A stretch of DNA of 64,000 bases, taken from NCBI GenBank assembly GCA_051294905.1, contig CM119386.1, positions 13,020,001 to 13,084,000 of the forward strand, in the 5' to 3' direction. Made by a program: the position numbers and the translations under genes. Of the stretch, positions 62,934 to 64,000 are shown piece after piece (position 1 is the first letter of the stretch; every line of letters begins with the position of its first letter). Source of the DNA: Botryllus schlosseri. Its lineage: Eukaryota. A model generated the notes under the pieces. That model did no database searches. It saw only the letters and a program-made list of their open reading frames with translations, and was not told where the DNA came from.

Positions 62934-63335
62934 CAGGGTTGCATTTAAAACAAAAATCAATTTAAGACAAACATGTTTAAAACAAGGCCCTAAATTAAAA
63001 CATGTTTTTTTTTGTTTTTTTTTTAATCCGTGACGTCACGAATATTCAATTATGACGTCATAGTGGGTTTACATTGACCATTGAAAATATAGGGTAAATA
63101 TAGTTCCTTTCACGAAATAGCTGGACTATTAATGTTGAAGCGACTATTTGAGGGTTCCAACCATCCCATATCGATATACGTCGGCTATATCGGATGGTAA
63201 TTGTCCGTAGGCTCATACAACGTGTTTTTTGGAAAGTATTTGCACATTTATGGCATAATTTTTCAACTTTGAAAAACACAGTTCTTTTTTTAAAGGCCTC
63301 TGTTTAAAACACCGTCTGTTTCAACTGCAACCCTA
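62934..63335. mobile_element. hAT MITE family X (402 bp)
   Basis: Ends CAGGGTTGCA / TGCAACCCTA; perfect TSD TTTACCAT; related copies at ~9300-9622 and 13475-13979. Confidence 0.88.
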
Positions 63336-64000
63336 TTTACCATACTGTTGAATGTTGATGCTATCTGCGAAGCTGTAAAGTGCAGTAAGAGCACATTCTT
63401 TCCGTATTCACGCACGTTGCACTGGATATGGAATAGGCTGGAAACTTGTCGCAGAATAGCGACACATAATCTGCATCGGAAGTGACACGGAAAAACGATT
63501 GAATACAAAACACTCCCCATAATAGTTTCTGATGCGATATTTCACGCAAGCATTCGTCACCAGTGAATGCAGCACGACACAGCGTGGGGATATTGATGAT
63601 GGATTCGGTTATCACATCAATAGTAGATTCAATCAATCAGTTTTATTAATATTTTCATCATTGCAAAACATCACAAGGCAGCGATACAACGAAAAGATGG
63701 GAAGGTGTCGAAACAACTTGGAGTAGCCTTTAAGATCAGACACCCACCTTAGCCTAGGCGAAGTAAAGAAGAGGCATGCACAGTTGCACACTGAATGAAA
63801 AGTGATGCAGAGAATATAAGACGCAAGCGACAAAACGAGGTGGCACGTGGCGAGGTCGATGTTAAGTCGTGGTCCGGTAATCCTAGAAGCTGGCTAGTAT
63901 TGACTATCAATACAAAATTCGAATACCCCTGTTAAAGGCCGGCTGAAATATCAGACTATAGTTCAGAATTTATTAGTAGGCCTATAGGCTACCAGTGCCG

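Overview
AT-rich animal genomic DNA, probably an invertebrate chordate such as an ascidian (inferred from the vertebrate-like protein, shared exon sizes and 57-66 nt introns). It is dominated by a complete + strand Slo1/KCNMA1 (BK channel) gene: 27 coding exons from ATG 20253 to stop 61273, 3714 nt, 1237 aa. S0-S6, TVGYGD, RCK1/RCK2 and the Ca2+ bowl are intact. None of this shows as long ORFs; I assembled it by hand from splice sites and phases. Four items stand out. (1) A tandem-duplicated, frame-enforced mutually exclusive exon pair (40012-40088 / 41147-41238) gives two versions of the CXXCH heme-binding linker. (2) A 54-nt in-frame cassette exon sits at the STREX-equivalent junction. (3) There is a three-way C-terminal choice, including an AG|GTACGTG donor/read-through that mirrors the vertebrate ERL/VYR/DEC switch, plus an orphan 32-nt exon downstream. 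(4) An intronic repeat family carries a minimal hammerhead-ribozyme core with palindromic helix III, a 7-bp pseudoknot and inverted pairs, resembling Penelope-like pLTRs. The introns also hold many hAT MITEs with intact 8-bp TSDs, nested insertions, a 669-bp foldback palindrome and tRNA-derived SINEs. A candidate small myristoylated protein gene lies on the minus strand near the left end.
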